Source: Felis catus
Lineage: Eukaryota
DNA length: 64,000 bases
Direction of reading: 5' to 3'
Assembly: GCF_018350175.1 (NCBI RefSeq)
Contig: NC_058383.1
Coordinates: forward strand, 16,556,001-16,620,000
Part shown: in pieces, positions 10,801 through 25,800 of the stretch
Layout of the letters: each line of letters opens with the position of its first letter
Numbering within the stretch: the stretch's first letter is position 1
Translations under genes and position numbers: made by a program
The notes under the pieces: model-generated
Databases searched by the model: none
What the model was told of the DNA's origin: nothing
Seen by the model: only the letters and a program-made list of their open reading frames with translations

Positions 10801-13800
10801 CTTCCCGGAGTCCACTGAGGTCAGGTGATGTCGGTTACCGCACAGCCTTGCATCTGGGCGACGCACATGGGGCGCATCCCTGTGAGGCCCCGCAAGCATT
10901 TCTAACCCTGGTAACTTTAGGGGAAGGAGAAGTTGGTCGACGTCTGGACACCGCCCCCTGTTGGCTGCACAGCCTTGAGGGCACGGGGCTCGCCTCGTCG
11001 CCCCGCCGGGCTTCTCAGCAGACAGTTGGTGCTTAGGGAAATGGGGTGTCAGTTGAAAGAGGCCCTCCGCACGAGTGTGCTTCCCGGAGCTGAGTCGAGG
11101 GGACGGGCCCTCTCGGCCCCGCAGTGCTCTCCAGCAAGCACTTCCGCCTTAGTGGAACAACGTGTTGGTTGAAAGCTGGCTGTCCCCAACTGGAGTTTCT
11201 CTGGCAGAGTTCAGTCCCTGGGACTTTTCAGGCAGGCACGGCAGACTATTTCCAAGGCTTCTTCCTTCGTGAAGGGAGAAGGAAAAACGGTGGTCCCACA
11301 CTATGGTTTCACAGAGTGGAGGCCCTAGCATTGCCCTGCGAATTGACCGAGGGGTTGGGAAAGCCTGCCAACCTGTTGCAACCAGGCGATGCTGAGCTGA
11401 AAAAGGCTTCCCACCGTGCTGTGTTTCACTCTGTGGCTCTTTGCAGCCTGGCTCCACACAGCTTTGCACACACGTCTAGCTTTGGGAAATGAGAGGGTCG
11501 TCACAGCAAGGATGCAGCCCAGTGTCGTTTCACCACAAGAGTGTGAGGCAGTCTCCGCACAGGTCATGCCTCGTTTCCCAGACACTTGTCAGTTGGGGAA
11601 ACCCCAATATGTGTGAAACGCGTATCGCCGGACCGTGGTTCCACACAGCTCCCTTGGTGGACACGTCGCGTTCAGCGCCCCCGTCTCAGTGTTTCCAAGG
11701 CTTCTAACTGTGGGAACCGAGATGTTCGTTCCAAGCGGGATCTTATGGCCCCACTCCGAAACCACCCCACAAGCACTCTCCCACGGTCTTCTTTCCTGCA
11801 CCTCAGCCCAGGGAGCTTACCTTGTCGGCCAGCGTCAGTTTTCCAACACTTGTGTACCTTAGCCACACCAGCTGTCAGTGGCTAGACGGTCTCCCCACCT
11901 TGAGGCTTCTGAGAGGTGCGGAGACGCCACTGGCCTGACAGCTCCGTTCTCGGGGGGCCGCTGCAGACACTGCTGACACGAGGGAAGCAAGATGGGTTCT
12001 CGGGGAAGGATTGCCCATAGTGGCTTAGGAGCGAGTTCTGCGTCCGGTACTGTCGTCGTATGGCCCCGCCGAGGTTTTCCCACCCCCTTGACTGTGTGAA
12101 ACGAGGTGTCCGTCCGTGGGACAGGTGGAGTCACCATAGTGTGGTTTCTCCAGATGAGCTTAGGACAGTCTAACGCCCAGGGTCGGTACACCTACTCCCA
12201 CACTTCTGACTTCCCGGAGTCCACTGAGGTCAGGTGATGTCGGTTACCGCACAGCCTTGTATCTGGGCGACGTACATGGGGCGCATCCCTGTGAGGCCCC
12301 GCAAGCATTTCTAACCCTGGTAACTTTAGGGGAAGGAGAAGTTGGTCGACGTCTGGACACCGCCCCCTGTTGGCTGCACAGCCTTGAGGGCACGGGTCTC
12401 GCCTCGTCGCCCCGCCGGGCTTCTCAGCAGACAGTTGGTGCTTAGGGAAATGGGGTGTCAGTTGAAAGAGGCCCTCCGCACGAGTGTGCTTCCCGGAGCT
12501 GAGTCGAGGGGACGGGCCCTCTCGGCCCCGCAGTGCTCTCCAGCAAGCACTTCCGCCTTAGTGGAACAACGTGTTGGTTGAAAGCTGGCTGTCCCCAACT
12601 GGAGTTTCTCTGGCAGAGTTCAGTCCCTGGGACTTTTCAGGCAGGCACGGCAGACTATTTCCAAGGCTTCTTTCTTCATGAAGGGAGAAGGAAAGAGGGT
12701 GGTCCCACACTGAGGTTTCACAGAGTGGAGGCCCTAGCATTGCCCTGCGAATTGACCGAGGGGTTGGGAAAGCCTGCCAACCTGTTGCAACCAGGCGTTG
12801 CTGAGCTGAAAAAGGCTTCCCACCGTGCTGTGTTTCACTCTGTGGCTCTTTGCAGCCTGGCTCCACATAGCTTTGCACACACGTCTAGCTTTGGGAAATG
12901 AGAGGGTCGTCACTGCAAGGATGCAGCCCAGTGTCGTTTCACCACAAGAGTGTGAGGCAGTCTCCGCACAGGTCATGCCTCGTTTCCCAGACACTTGTCA
13001 GTTGGGGAAACCCCAATATGTGTGAAACGCGTATCGCCGGACCGTGGTTCCACACAGCTCCCTTGGTGGACACGTCGCGTTCAGCGCCCCCGTCTCAGTG
13101 TTTCCAAGGCTTCTAACTGTGGGAACCGAGATGTTCGTTCCAAGCGGGATCTTATGGCCCCACTCCGAAACCACCCCACAAGCACTCTCCCACGGTCTTC
13201 TTTCCTGCACCTCAGCCCAGGGAGCTTACCTTGTCGGCCAGCGTCAGTTTTCCAACACTTGTGTACCTTAGCCACACCAGCTGTCAGTGGCTAGACGGTC
13301 TCCCCACCTTGAGGCTTCTGAGAGGTGCGGAGACGCCACTGGCCTGACAGCTCCGTTCTCGTGGGGCCGCTGCAGACACTGCTGACACGAGGGAAGCAAG
13401 ATGGGTTCTCGGGGAAGGATTGCCCATAGTGGCTTAGGAGCGAGTTCTGCGTCCGGTACTGTCGTCCTGTGGCCCCACCGAGGTTTTCCCACCCCCTTGA
13501 CTGTGTGAAACGAGGTGTCCGTCCGTGGGACAGGTGGAGTCACCATAGTGTGGTTTCTCCAGATGAGCTTAGGACAGTCTAACGCCCAGGGTCGGTACAC
13601 CTACTCCCACACTTCTGACTTCCCGGAGTCCACTGAGGTCAGGTGATGTCGGTTACCGCACAGCCTTGCATCTGGGCGACGCACATGGGGCGCATCCCTG
13701 TGAGGCCCCGCAAGCATTTCTAACCCTGGTAACTTTAGGGGAAGGAGAAGTTGGTCGACGTCTGGACACCGCCCCCTGTTGGCTGCACAGCCTTGAGGGC

Positions 13801-16800
13801 ACGGGGCTCGCCTCGTCGCCCCGCCGGGCTTCTCAGCAGACAGTTCGTGCTTAGGGAAATGGGGTGTCAGTTGAAAGAGGCCCTCCGCACGAGTGTGCTT
13901 CCCGGAGCTGAGTCGAGGGGACGGGCCCTCTCGGCCCCGCAGTGCTCTCCAGCAAGCACTTCCGCCTTAGTGGAACAACGTGTTGGTTGAAAGCTGGCTT
14001 ATCCCAACTGGAGTTTCTCTGGCAGAGTTCAGTCCCTGGGAATTTTCAGGCAGGCACGGCAGACTATTTCCAAGGCTTCTTTCTTCATGAAGGGAGAAGG
14101 AAAGAGGGTGGTCCCACACTGAGGTTTCACAGAGTGGAGGCTCTAGCATTGCCCTGCGAATTGACCGAGGGGTTGAGAAAGCCTGCCAACCTGTTGCAAC
14201 CAGGCGTTGCTGAGCTGAAAAAGGCTTCCCACCGTGCTGTGTTTCACTCTGTGGCTCTTTGCAGCCTGGCTCCACACAGCTTTGCACACACGTCTAGCTT
14301 TGGGAAACGCGAGGGTCTTCACAGCAAGGATGCAGCCCAGTGTCGTTTCACCACAAGAATGTGAGGCAGTCTCCGTACAGGTCATGCCTCGTTTCCCAGA
14401 CACTTGTCAGTTGGGGAAACCCCAATATGTGTGAAACGCGTATCGCCGGACCGTGGTTCCACACAGCTCCCTTGGTGGACACCTCGCGTTCAGCGCCCCC
14501 GTCTCAGTGTTTCCAAGGCTTCTAACTGTGGGAACCGAGATGTTCGTTCCAAGCGGGATCTTATGGCCCCACTCCGAAACCACCCCACAAGCACACTCCC
14601 ACGGTCTTCTTTCCTGCACCTCAGCCCAGGGAGCTTACCATGTCGGCCAGCGTCAGTTTCCCAACACTTGTGTACCTTAGCCACACCAGCTGTCAGTGGC
14701 TAGACGGTCTCCCCACCTTGAGGCTTCTGAGAGGTGCGGAGACGCCACTGGCCTCAGAGCTCCGTTCTCGTGGGGCCGCTGCAGACCCTGCTGACACGAG
14801 GGAAGCAAGATGGGTTCTCGGGGAAGGATTGCCCATAGTGGCTTAGGAGCGAGTTCTGCGTCTGATACTGTCGTCCTGTGGCCCCACCGAGGTTTTCCCA
14901 CCCCCTTGACTGTGTGAAACGAGGTGTCCGTCCGTGGGACAGGTGGAGTCACCATAGTGTGGTTTCTCCAGATGAGCTTAGGACAGTCTAACGCCCAGGG
15001 TCGGTACACCTACTCCCACACTTCTGACTTCCCGGAGTCCACTGAGGTCAGGTGATGTCGGTTACCGCACAGCCTTGCATCTGGGCGACGCACATGGGGC
15101 GCATCCCTGTGAGGCCCCGCAAGCATTTCTAACCCTGGTAACTTTAGGGGAAGGAGAAGTTGGTCGACGTCTGGACACCGCCCCCTGTTGGCTGCACAGC
15201 CTTGAGGGCACGGGGCTCGCCTCGTCGCCCCGCCGGGCTTCTCAGCAGACAGTTCGTGCTTAGGGAAATGGGGTGTCAGTTGAAAGAGGCCCTCCGCACG
15301 AGTGTGCTTCACGGAGCTGAGTCGAGGGGACGGGCCCTCTCGGCCCCGCAGTGCTCTCCAGCAAGCACTTCCGCCTTAGTGGAACAACGTGTTGGTTGAA
15401 AGCTGGCTGTCCCCAACTGGAGTTTCTCTGGCAGAGTTCAGTCCCTGGGACTTTTCAGGCAGGCACGGCAGACTATTTCCAAGGCTTCTTTCTTCATGAA
15501 GGGAGAAGGAAAGAGGGTGGTCCCACACTGAGGTTTCACAGAGTGGAGGCCCTAGCATTGCCCTGCGAATTGACCGAGGGGTTGGGAAAGCCTGCCAACC
15601 TGTTGCAACCAGGCGATGCTGAGCTGAAAAAGGCTTCCCACCGTGCTGTGTTTCACTCTGTGGCTCTTTGCAGCCTGGCTCCACACAGCTTTGCACACAC
15701 GTCTAGCTTTGGGAAATGAGAGGGTCGTCACAGCAAGGATGCAGCCCAGTGTCGTTTCACCACAAGAGTGTGAGGCAGTCTCCGCACAGGTCATGCCTCG
15801 TTTCCCAGACACTTGTCAGTTGGGGAAACCCCAATATGTGTGAAACGCGTATCGCCGGACCGTGGTTCCACACAGCTCCCTTGGTGGACACGTCGCGTTC
15901 AGCGCCCCCGTCTCAGTGTTTCCAAGGCTTCTAACTGTGGGAACCGAGATGTTCGTTCCAAGCGGGATCTTATGGCCCCACTCCGAAACCACCCCACAAG
16001 CACTCTCCCACGGTCTTCTTTCCTGCACCTCAGCCCAGGGAGCTTACCTTGTCGGCCAGCGTCAGTTTTCCAACACTTGTGTACCTTAGCCACACCAGCT
16101 GTCAGTGGCTAGACGGTCTCCCCACCTTGAGGCTTCTGAGAGGTGCGGAGACGCCACTGGCCTGACAGCTCCGTTCTCGTGGGGCCGCTGCAGACACTGC
16201 TGACACGAGGGAAGCAAGATGGGTTCTCGGGGAAGGATTGCCCATAGTGGCTTAGGAGCGAGTTCTGCGTCCGGTACTGTCGTCGTATGGCCCCGCCGAG
16301 GTTTTCCCACCCCCTTGACTGTGTGAAACGAGGTGTCCGTCCGTGGGACAGGTGGAGTCACCATAGTGTGGTTTCTCCAGATGAGCTTAGGACAGTCTAA
16401 CGCCCAGGGTCGGTACACCTACTCCCACACTTCTGACTTCCCGGAGTCCACTGAGGTCAGGTGATGTCGGTTACCGCACAGCCTTGTATCTGGGCGACGT
16501 ACATGGGGCGCATCCCTGTGAGGCCCCGCAAGCATTTCTAACCCTGGTAACTTTAGGGGAAGGAGAAGTTGGTCGACGTCTGGACACCGCCCCCTGTTGG
16601 CTGCACAGCCTTGAGGGCACGGGTCTCGCCTCGTCGCCCCGCCGGGCTTCTCAGCAGACAGTTGGTGCTTAGGGAAATGGGGTGTCAGTTGAAAGAGGCC
16701 CTCCGCACGAGTGTGCTTCCCGGAGCTGAGTCGAGGGGACGGGCCCTCTCGGCCCCGCAGTGCTCTCCAGCAAGCACTTCCGCCTTAGTGGAACAACGTG

Positions 16801-19800
16801 TTGGTTGAAAGCTGGCTGTCCCCAACTGGAGTTTCTCTGGCAGAGTTCAGTCCCTGGGACTTTTCAGGCAGGCACGGCAGACTATTTCCAAGGCTTCTTT
16901 CTTCATGAAGGGAGAAGGAAAGAGGGTGGTCCCACACTGAGGTTTCACAGAGTGGAGGCCCTAGCATTGCCCTGCGAATTGACCGAGGGGTTGGGAAAGC
17001 CTGCCAACCTGTTGCAACCAGGCGTTGCTGAGCTGAAAAAGGCTTCCCACCGTGCTGTGTTTCACTCTGTGGCTCTTTGCAGCCTGGCTCCACATAGCTT
17101 TGCACACACGTCTAGCTTTGGGAAATGAGAGGGTCGTCACAGCAAGGATGCAGCCCAGTGTCGTTTCACCACAAGAGTGTGAGGCAGTCTCCGCACAGGT
17201 CATGCCTCGTTTCCCAGACACTTGTCAGTTGGGGAAACCCCAATATGTGTGAAACGCGTATCGCCGGACCGTGGTTCCACACAGCTCCCTTGGTGGACAC
17301 GTCGCGTTCAGCGCCCCCGTCTCAGTGTTTCCAAGGCTTCTAACTGTGGGAACCGAGATGTTCGTTCCAAGCGGGATCTTATGGCCCCACTCCGAAACCA
17401 CCCCACAAGCACTCTCCCACGGTCTTCTTTCCTGCACCTCAGCCCAGGGAGCTTACCTTGTCGGCCAGCGTCAGTTTTCCAACACTTGTGTACCTTAGCC
17501 ACACCAGCTGTCAGTGGCTAGACGGTCTCCCCACCTTGAGGCTTCTGAGAGGTGCGGAGACGCCACTGGCCTGACAGCTCCGTTCTCGTGGGGCCGCTGC
17601 AGACACTGCTGACACGAGGGAAGCAAGATGGGTTCTCGGGGAAGGATTGCCCATAGTGGCTTAGGAGCGAGTTCTGCGTCCGGTACTGTCGTCCTGTGGC
17701 CCCGCCGAGGTTTTCCCACCCCCTTGACTGTGTGAAACGAGGTGTCCGTCCGTGGGACAGGTGGAGTCACCATAGTGTGGTTTCTCCAGATGAGCTTAGG
17801 ACAGTCTAACGCCCAGGGTCGGTACACCTACTCCCACACTTCTGACTTCCCGGAGTCCACTGAGGTCAGGTGATGTCGGTTACCGCACAGCCTTGTATCT
17901 GGGCGACGTACATGGGGCGCATCCCTGTGAGGCCCCGCAAGCATTTCTAACCCTGGTAACTTTAGGGGAAGGAGAAGTTGGTCGACGTCTGGACACCGCC
18001 CCCTGTTGGCTGCACAGCCTTGAGGGCACGGGGCTCGCCTCGTCGCCCCGCCGGGCTTCTCAGCAGACAGTTCGTGCTTAGGGAAATGGGGTGTCAGTTG
18101 AAAGAGGCCCTCCGCACGAGTGTGCTTCACGGAGCTGAGTCGAGGGGACGGGCCCTCTCGGCCCCGCAGTGCTCTCCAGCAAGCACTTCCGCCTTAGTGG
18201 AACAACGTGTTGGTTGAAAGCTGGCTTATCCCAACTGGAGTTTCTCTGGCAGAGTTCAGTCCCTGGGAATTTTCAGGCAGGCACGGCAGACTATTTCCCA
18301 AGCTTCTTTCTTCATGAAGGGAGAAGGAAAGAGGGTGGTCCCACACTGAGGTTTCACAGAGTGGAGGCTCTAGCATTGCCCTGCGAATTGACCGAGGGGT
18401 TGAGAAAGCCTGCCAACCTGTTGCAACCAGGCGTTGCTGAGCTGAAAAAGGCTTCCCACCGTGCTGTGTTTCACTCTGTGGCTCTTTGCAGCCTGGCTCC
18501 ACACAGCTTTGCACACACGTCTAGCTTTGGGAAACGAGAGGGTCTTCACAGCAAGGATGCAGCCCAGTGTCGTTTCACCACAAGAATGTGAGGCAGTCTC
18601 CGCACAGGTCATGCCTCGTTTCCCAGACACTTGTCAGTTGGGGAAACCCCAATATGTGTGAAACGCGTATCGCCGGACCGTGGTTCCACACAGCTCCCTT
18701 GGTGGACACCTCGCGTTCAGCGCCCCCGTCTCAGTGTTTCCAAGGCTTCTAACTGTGGGAACCGAGATGTTCGTTCCAAGCGGGATCTTATGGCCCCACT
18801 CCGAAACCACCCCACAAGCACACTCCCACGGTCTTCTTTCCTGCACCTCAGCCCAGGGAGCTTACCATGTCGGCCAGCGTCAGTTTCCCAACACTTGTGT
18901 ACCTTAGCCACACCAGCTGTCAGTGGCTAGACGGTCTCCCCACCTTGAGGCTTCTGAGAGGTGCGGAGACGCCACTGGCCTCAGAGCTCCGTTCTCGTGG
19001 GGCCGCTGCAGACCCTGCTGACACGAGGGAAGCAAGATGGGTTCTCGGGGAAGGATTGCCCATAGTGGCTTAGGAGCGAGTTCTGCGTCTGATACTGTCG
19101 TCCTGTGGCCCCACCGAGGTTTTCCCACCCCCTTGACTGTGTGAAACGAGGTGTCCGTCCGTGGGACAGGTGGAGTCACCATAGTGTGGTTTCTCCAGAT
19201 GAGCTTAGGACAGTCTAACGCCCAGGGTCGGTACACCTACTCCCACACTTCTGACTTCCCGGAGTCCACTGAGGTCAGGTGATGTCGGTTACCGCACAGC
19301 CTTGCATCTGGGCGACGCACATGGGGCGCATCCCTGTGAGGCCCCGCAAGCATTTCTAACCCTGGTAACTTTAGGGGAAGGAGAAGTTGGTCGACGTCTG
19401 GACACCGCCCCCTGTTGGCTGCACAGCCTTGAGGGCACGGGGCTCGCCTCGTCGCCCCGCCGGGCTTCTCAGCAGACAGTTCGTGCTTAGGGAAATGGGG
19501 TGTCAGTTGAAAGAGGCCCTCCGCACGAGTGTGCTTCCCGGAGCTGAGTCGAGGGGACGGGCCCTCTCGGCCCCGCAGTGCTCTCCAGCAAGCACTTCCG
19601 CCTTAGTGGAACAACGTGTTGGTTGAAAGCTGGCTGTCCCCAACTGGAGTTTCTCTGGCAGAGTTCAGTCCCTGGGACTTTTCAGGCAGGCACGGCAGAC
19701 TATTTCCAAGGCTTCTTTCTTCATGAAGGGAGAAGGAAAGAGGGTGGTCCCACACTGAGGTTTCACAGAGTGGAGGCCCTAGCATTGCCCTGCGAATTGA

Positions 19801-22800
19801 CCGAGGGGTTGGGAAAGCCTGCCAACCTGTTGCAACCAGGCGTTGCTGAGCTGAAAAAGGCTTCCCACCGTGCTGTGTTTCACTCTGTGGCTCTTTGCAG
19901 CCTGGCTCCACACAGCTTTGCACACACGTCTAGCTTTGGGAAATGAGAGGGTCGTCACAGCAAGGATGCAGCCCAGTGTCGTTTCACCACAAGAGTGTGA
20001 GGCAGTCTCCGCACAGGTCATGCCTCGTTTCCCAGACACTTGTCAGTTGGGGAAACCCCAATATGTGTGAAACGCGTATCGCCGGACCGTGGTTCCACAC
20101 AGCTCCCTTGGTGGACACGTCGCGTTCAGCGCCCCCGTCTCAGTGTTTCCAAGGCTTCTAACTGTGGGAACCGAGATGTTCGTTCCAAGCGGGATCTTAT
20201 GGCCCCACTCCGAAACCACCCCACAAGCACTCTCCCACGGTCTTCTTTCCTGCACCTCAGCCCAGGGAGCTTACCTTGTCGGCCAGCGTCAGTTTTCCAA
20301 CACTTGTGTACCTTAGCCACACCAGCTGTCAGTGGCTAGACGGTCTCCCCACCTTGAGGCTTCTGAGAGGTGCGGAGACGCCACTGGCCTGACAGCTCCG
20401 TTCTCGTGGGGCCGCTGCAGACACTGCTGACACGAGGGAAGCAAGATGGGTTCTCGGGGAAGGATTGCCCATAGTGGCTTAGGAGCGAGTTCTGCGTCTG
20501 GTACTGTCGTCCTGTGGCCCCACCGAGGTTTTCCCACCCCCTTGACTGTGTGAAACGAGGTGTCCGTCCGTGGGACAGGTGGAGTCACCATAGTGTGGTT
20601 TCTCCAGATGAGCTTAGGACAGTCTAACGCCCAGGGTCGGTACACCTACTCCCACACTTCTGACTTCCCGGAGTCCACTGAGGTCAGGTGATGTCGGTTA
20701 CCGCACAGCCTTGCATCTGGGCGACGCACATGGGGCGCATCCCTGTGAGGCCCCGCAAGCATTTCTAACCCTGGTAACTTTAGGGGAAGGAGAAGTTGGT
20801 CGACGTCTGGACACCGCCCCCTGTTGGCTGCACAGCCTTGAGGGCACGGGGCTCGCCTCGTCGCCCCGCCGGGCTTCTCAGCAGACAGTTGGTGCTTAGG
20901 GAAATGGGGTGTCAGTTGAAAGAGGCCCTCCGCACGAGTGTGCTTCCCGGAGCTGAGTCGAGGGGACGGGCCCTCTCGGCCCCGCAGTGCTCTCCAGCAA
21001 GCACTTCCGCCTTAGTGGAACAACGTGTTGGTTGAAAGCTGGCTGTCCCCAACTGGAGTTTCTCTGGCAGAGTTCAGTCCCTGGGACTTTTCAGGCAGGC
21101 ACGGCAGACTATTTCCAAGGCTTCTTTCTTCATGAAGGGAGAAGGAAAAAGGGTGGTCCCACACTGAGGTTTCACAGAGTGGAGGCCCTAGCATTGCCCT
21201 GCGAATTGACCGAGGGGTTGGGAAAGCCTGCCAACCTGTTGCAACCAGGCGATGCTGAGCTGAAAAAGGCTTCCCACCGTGCTGTGTTTCACTCTGTGGC
21301 TCTTTGCAGCCTGGCTCCACACAGCTTTGCACACACGTCTAGCTTTGGGAAATGAGAGGGTCGTCACAGCAAGGATGCAGCCCAGTGTCGTTTCACCACA
21401 AGAGTGTGAGGCAGTCTCCGCACAGGTCATGCCTCGTTTCCCAGACACTTGTCAGTTGGGGAAACCCCAATATGTGTGAAACGCGTATCGCCGGACCGTG
21501 GTTCCACACAGCTCCCTTGGTGGACACGTCGCGTTCAGCGCCCCCGTCTCAGTGTTTCCAAGGCTTCTAACTGTGGGAACCGAGATGTTCGTTCCAAGCG
21601 GGATCTTATGGCCCCACTCCGAAACCACCCCACAAGCACTCTCCCACGGTCTTCTTTCCTGCACCTCAGCCCAGGGAGCTTACCTTGTCGGCCAGCGTCA
21701 GTTTTCCAACACTTGTGTACCTTAGCCACACCAGCTGTCAGTGGCTAGACGGTCTCCCCACCTTGAGGCTTCTGAGAGGTGCGGAGACGCCACTGGCCTG
21801 ACAGCTCCGTTCTCGTGGGGCCGCTGCAGACACTGCTGACACGAGGGAAGCAAGATGGGTTCTCGGGGAAGGATTGCCCATAGTGGCTTAGGAGCGAGTT
21901 CTGCGTCCGGTACTGTCGTCGAATGGCCCCGCCGAGGTTTTCCCACCCCCTTGACTGTGTGAAACGAGGTGTCCGTCCGTGGGACAGGTGGAGTCACCAT
22001 AGTGTGGTTTCTCCAGATGAGCTTAGGACAGTCTAACGCCCAGGGTCGGTACACCTACTCCCACACTTCTGACTTCCCGGAGTCCACTGAGGTCAGGTGA
22101 TGTCGGTTACCGCACAGCCTTGTATCTGGGCGACGTACATGGGGCGCATCCCTGTGAGGCCCCGCAAGCATTTCTAACCCTGGTAACTTTAGGGGAAGGA
22201 GAAGTTGGTCGACGTCTGGACACCGCCCCCTGTTGGCTGCACAGCCTTGAGGGCACGGGGCTCGCCTCGTCGCCCCGCCGGGCTTCTCAGCAGACAGTTC
22301 GTGCTTAGGGAAATGGGGTGTCAGTTGAAAGAGGCCCTCCGCACGAGTGTGCTTCACGGAGCTGAGTCGAGGGGACGGGCCCTCTCGGCCCCGCAGTGCT
22401 CTCCAGCAAGCACTTCCGCCTTAGTGGAACAACGTGTTGGTTGAAAGCTGGCTTATCCCAACTGGAGTTTCTCTGGCAGAGTTCAGTCCCTGGGACTTTT
22501 CAGGCAGGCACGGCAGACTATTTCCAAGGCTTCTTTCTTCATGAAGGGAGAAGGAAAGAGGGTGGTCCCACACTGAGGTTTCACAGAGTGGAGGCTCTAG
22601 CATTGCCCTGCGAATTGACCGAGGGGTTGAGAAAGCCTGCCAACCTGTTGCAACCAGGCGTTGCTGAGCTGAAAAAGGCTTCCCACCGTGCTGTGTTTCA
22701 CTCTGTGGCTCTTTGCAGCCTGGCTCCACACAGCTTTGCACACACGTCTAGCTTTGGGAAACGAGAGGGTCTTCACAGCAAGGATGCAGCCCAGTGTCGT

Positions 22801-25800
22801 TTCACCACAAGAATGTGAGGCAGTCTCCGCACAGGTCATGCCTCGTTTCCCAGACACTTGTCAGTTGGGGAAACCCCAATATGTGTGAAACGCGTATCGC
22901 CGGACCGTGGTTCCACACAGCTCCCTTGGTGGACACCTCGCGTTCAGCGCCCCCGTCTCAGTGTTTCCAAGGCTTCTAACTGTGGGAACCGAGATGTTCG
23001 TTCCAAGCGGGATCTTATGGCCCCACTCCGAAACCACCCCACAAGCACACTCCCACGGTCTTCTTTCCTGCACCTCAGCCCAGGGAGCTTACCATGTCGG
23101 CCAGCGTCAGTTTCCCAACACTTGTGTACCTTAGCCACACCAGCTGTCAGTGGCTAGACGGTCTCCCCACCTTGAGGCTTCTGAGAGGTGCGGAGACGCC
23201 ACTGGCCTCAGAGCTCCGTTCTCGTGGGGCCGCTGCAGACCCTGCTGACACGAGGGAAGCAAGATGGGTTCTCGGGGAAGGATTGCCCATAGTGGCTTAG
23301 GAGCGAGTTCTGCGTCTGATACTGTCGTCCTGTGGCCCCACCGAGGTTTTCCCACCCCCTTGACTGTGTGAAACGAGGTGTCCGTCCGTGGGACAGGTGG
23401 AGTCACCATAGTGTGGTTTCTCCAGATGAGCTTAGGACAGTCTAACGCCCAGGGTCGGTACACCTACTCCCACACTTCTGACTTCCCGGAGTCCACTGAG
23501 GTCAGGTGATGTCGGTTACCGCACAGCCTTGCATCTGGGCGACGCACATGGGGCGCATCCCTGTGAGGCCCCGCAAGCATTTCTAACCCTGGTAACTTTA
23601 GGGGAAGGAGAAGTTGGTCGACGTCTGGACACCGCCCCCTGTTGGCTGCACAGCCTTGAGGGCACGGGGCTCGCCTCGTCGCCCCGCCGGGCTTCTCAGC
23701 AGACAGTTCGTGCTTAGGGAAATGGGGTGTCAGTTGAAAGAGGCCCTCCGCACGAGTGTGCTTCCCGGAGCTGAGTCGAGGGGACGGGCCCTCTCGGCCC
23801 CGCAGTGCTCTCCAGCAAGCACTTCCGCCTTAGTGGAACAACGTGTTGGTTGAAAGCTGGCTGTCCCCAACTGGAGTTTCTCTGGCAGAGTTCAGTCCCT
23901 GGGACTTTTCAGGCAGGCACGGCAGACTATTTCCAAGGCTTCTTTCTTCATGAAGGGAGAAGGAAAAACGGTGGTCCCACACTGAGGTTTCACAGAGTGG
24001 AGGCCCTAGCATTGCCCTGCGAATTGACCGAGGGGTTGGGAAAGCCTGCCAACCTGTTGCAACCAGGCGATGCTGAGCTGAAAAAGGCTTCCCACCGTGC
24101 TGTGTTTCACTCTGTGGCTCTTTGCAGCCTGGCTCCACACAGCTTTGCACACACGTCTAGCTTTGGGAAATGAGAGGGTCGTCACAGCAAGGATGCAGCC
24201 CAGTGTCGTTTCACCACAAGAGTGTGAGGCAGTCTCCGCACAGGTCATGCCTCGTTTCCCAGACACTTGTCAGTTGGGGAAACCCCAATATGTGTGAAAC
24301 GCGTATCGCCGGACCGTGGTTCCACACAGCTCCCTTGGTGGACACGTCGCGTTCAGCGCCCCCGTCTCAGTGTTTCCAAGGCTTCTAACTGTGGGAACCG
24401 AGATGTTCGTTCCAAGCGGGATCTTATGGCCCCACTCCGAAACCACCCCACAAGCACTCTCCCACGGTCTTCTTTCCTGCACCTCAGCCCAGGGAGCTTA
24501 CCTTGTCGGCCAGCGTCAGTTTTCCAACACTTGTGTACCTTAGCCACACCAGCTGTCAGTGGCTAGACGGTCTCCCCACCTTGAGGCTTCTGAGAGGTGC
24601 GGAGACGCCACTGGCCTGACAGCTCCGTTCTCGGGGGGCCGCTGCAGACACTGCTGACACGAGGGAAGCAAGATGGGTTCTCGGGGAAGGATTGCCCATA
24701 GTGGCTTAGGAGCGAGTTCTGCGTCCGGTACTGTCGTCGTATGGCCCCGCCGAGGTTTTCCCACCCCCTTGACTGTGTGAAACGAGGTGTCCGTCCGTGG
24801 GACAGGTGGAGTCACCATAGTGTGGTTTCTCCAGATGAGCTTAGGACAGTCTAACGCCCAGGGTCGGTACACCTACTCCCACACTTCTGACTTCCCGGAG
24901 TCCACTGAGGTCAGGTGATGTCGGTTACCGCACAGCCTTGTATCTGGGCGACGTACATGGGGCGCATCCCTGTGAGGCCCCGCAAGCATTTCTAACCCTG
25001 GTAACTTTAGGGGAAGGAGAAGTTGGTCGACGTCTGGACACCGCCCCCTGTTGGCTGCACAGCCTTGAGGGCACGGGGCTCGCCTCGTCGCCCCGCCGGG
25101 CTTCTCAGCAGACAGTTCGTGCTTAGGGAATCGGGTGTCAGTTGAAAGAGGCCCTCCGCACGAGTGTGCTTCCCGGAGCTGAGTCGAGGGGACGGGCCCT
25201 CTCGGCCCCGCAGTGCTCTCCAGCAAGCACTTCCGCCTTAGTGGAACAACGTGTTGGTTGAAAGCTGGCTTTATCCCAACTGGAGTTTCTCTGGCAGAGT
25301 TCAGTCCCTGGGACTTTTCAGGCAGGCACGGCAGACTATTTCCAAGGCTTCTTTCTTCATGAAGGGAGAAGGAAAGAGGGTGGTCCCACACTGAGGTTTC
25401 ACAGAGTGGAGGCTCTAGCATTGCCCTGCGAATTGACCGAGGGGTTGAGAAAGCCTGCCAACCTGTTGCAACCAGGCGTTGCTGAGCTGAAAAAGGCTTC
25501 CCACCGTGCTGTGTTTCACTCTGTGGCTCTTTGCAGCCTGGCTCCACACAGCTTTGCACACACGTCTAGCTTTGGGAAACGAGAGGGTCTTCACAGCAAG
25601 GATGCAGCCCAGTGTCGTTTCACCACAAGAATGTGAGGCAGTCTCCGCACAGGTCATGCCTCGTTTCCCAGACACTTGTCAGTTGGGGAAACCCCAATAT
25701 GTGTGAAACGCGTATCGCCGGACCGTGGTTCCACACAGCTCCCTTGGTGGACACCTCGCGTTCAGCGCCCCCGTCTCAGTGTTTCCAAGGCTTCTAACTG

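Noticed and set aside
24873..25559. Longest ORF (228 aa, minus strand)
   Set aside because: It occurs in one monomer only. It is produced by a 1-bp deletion (gggaatcgggtg) plus a 1-bp insertion (ggctttatccc) that fuse chance frames, and may be a consensus error.
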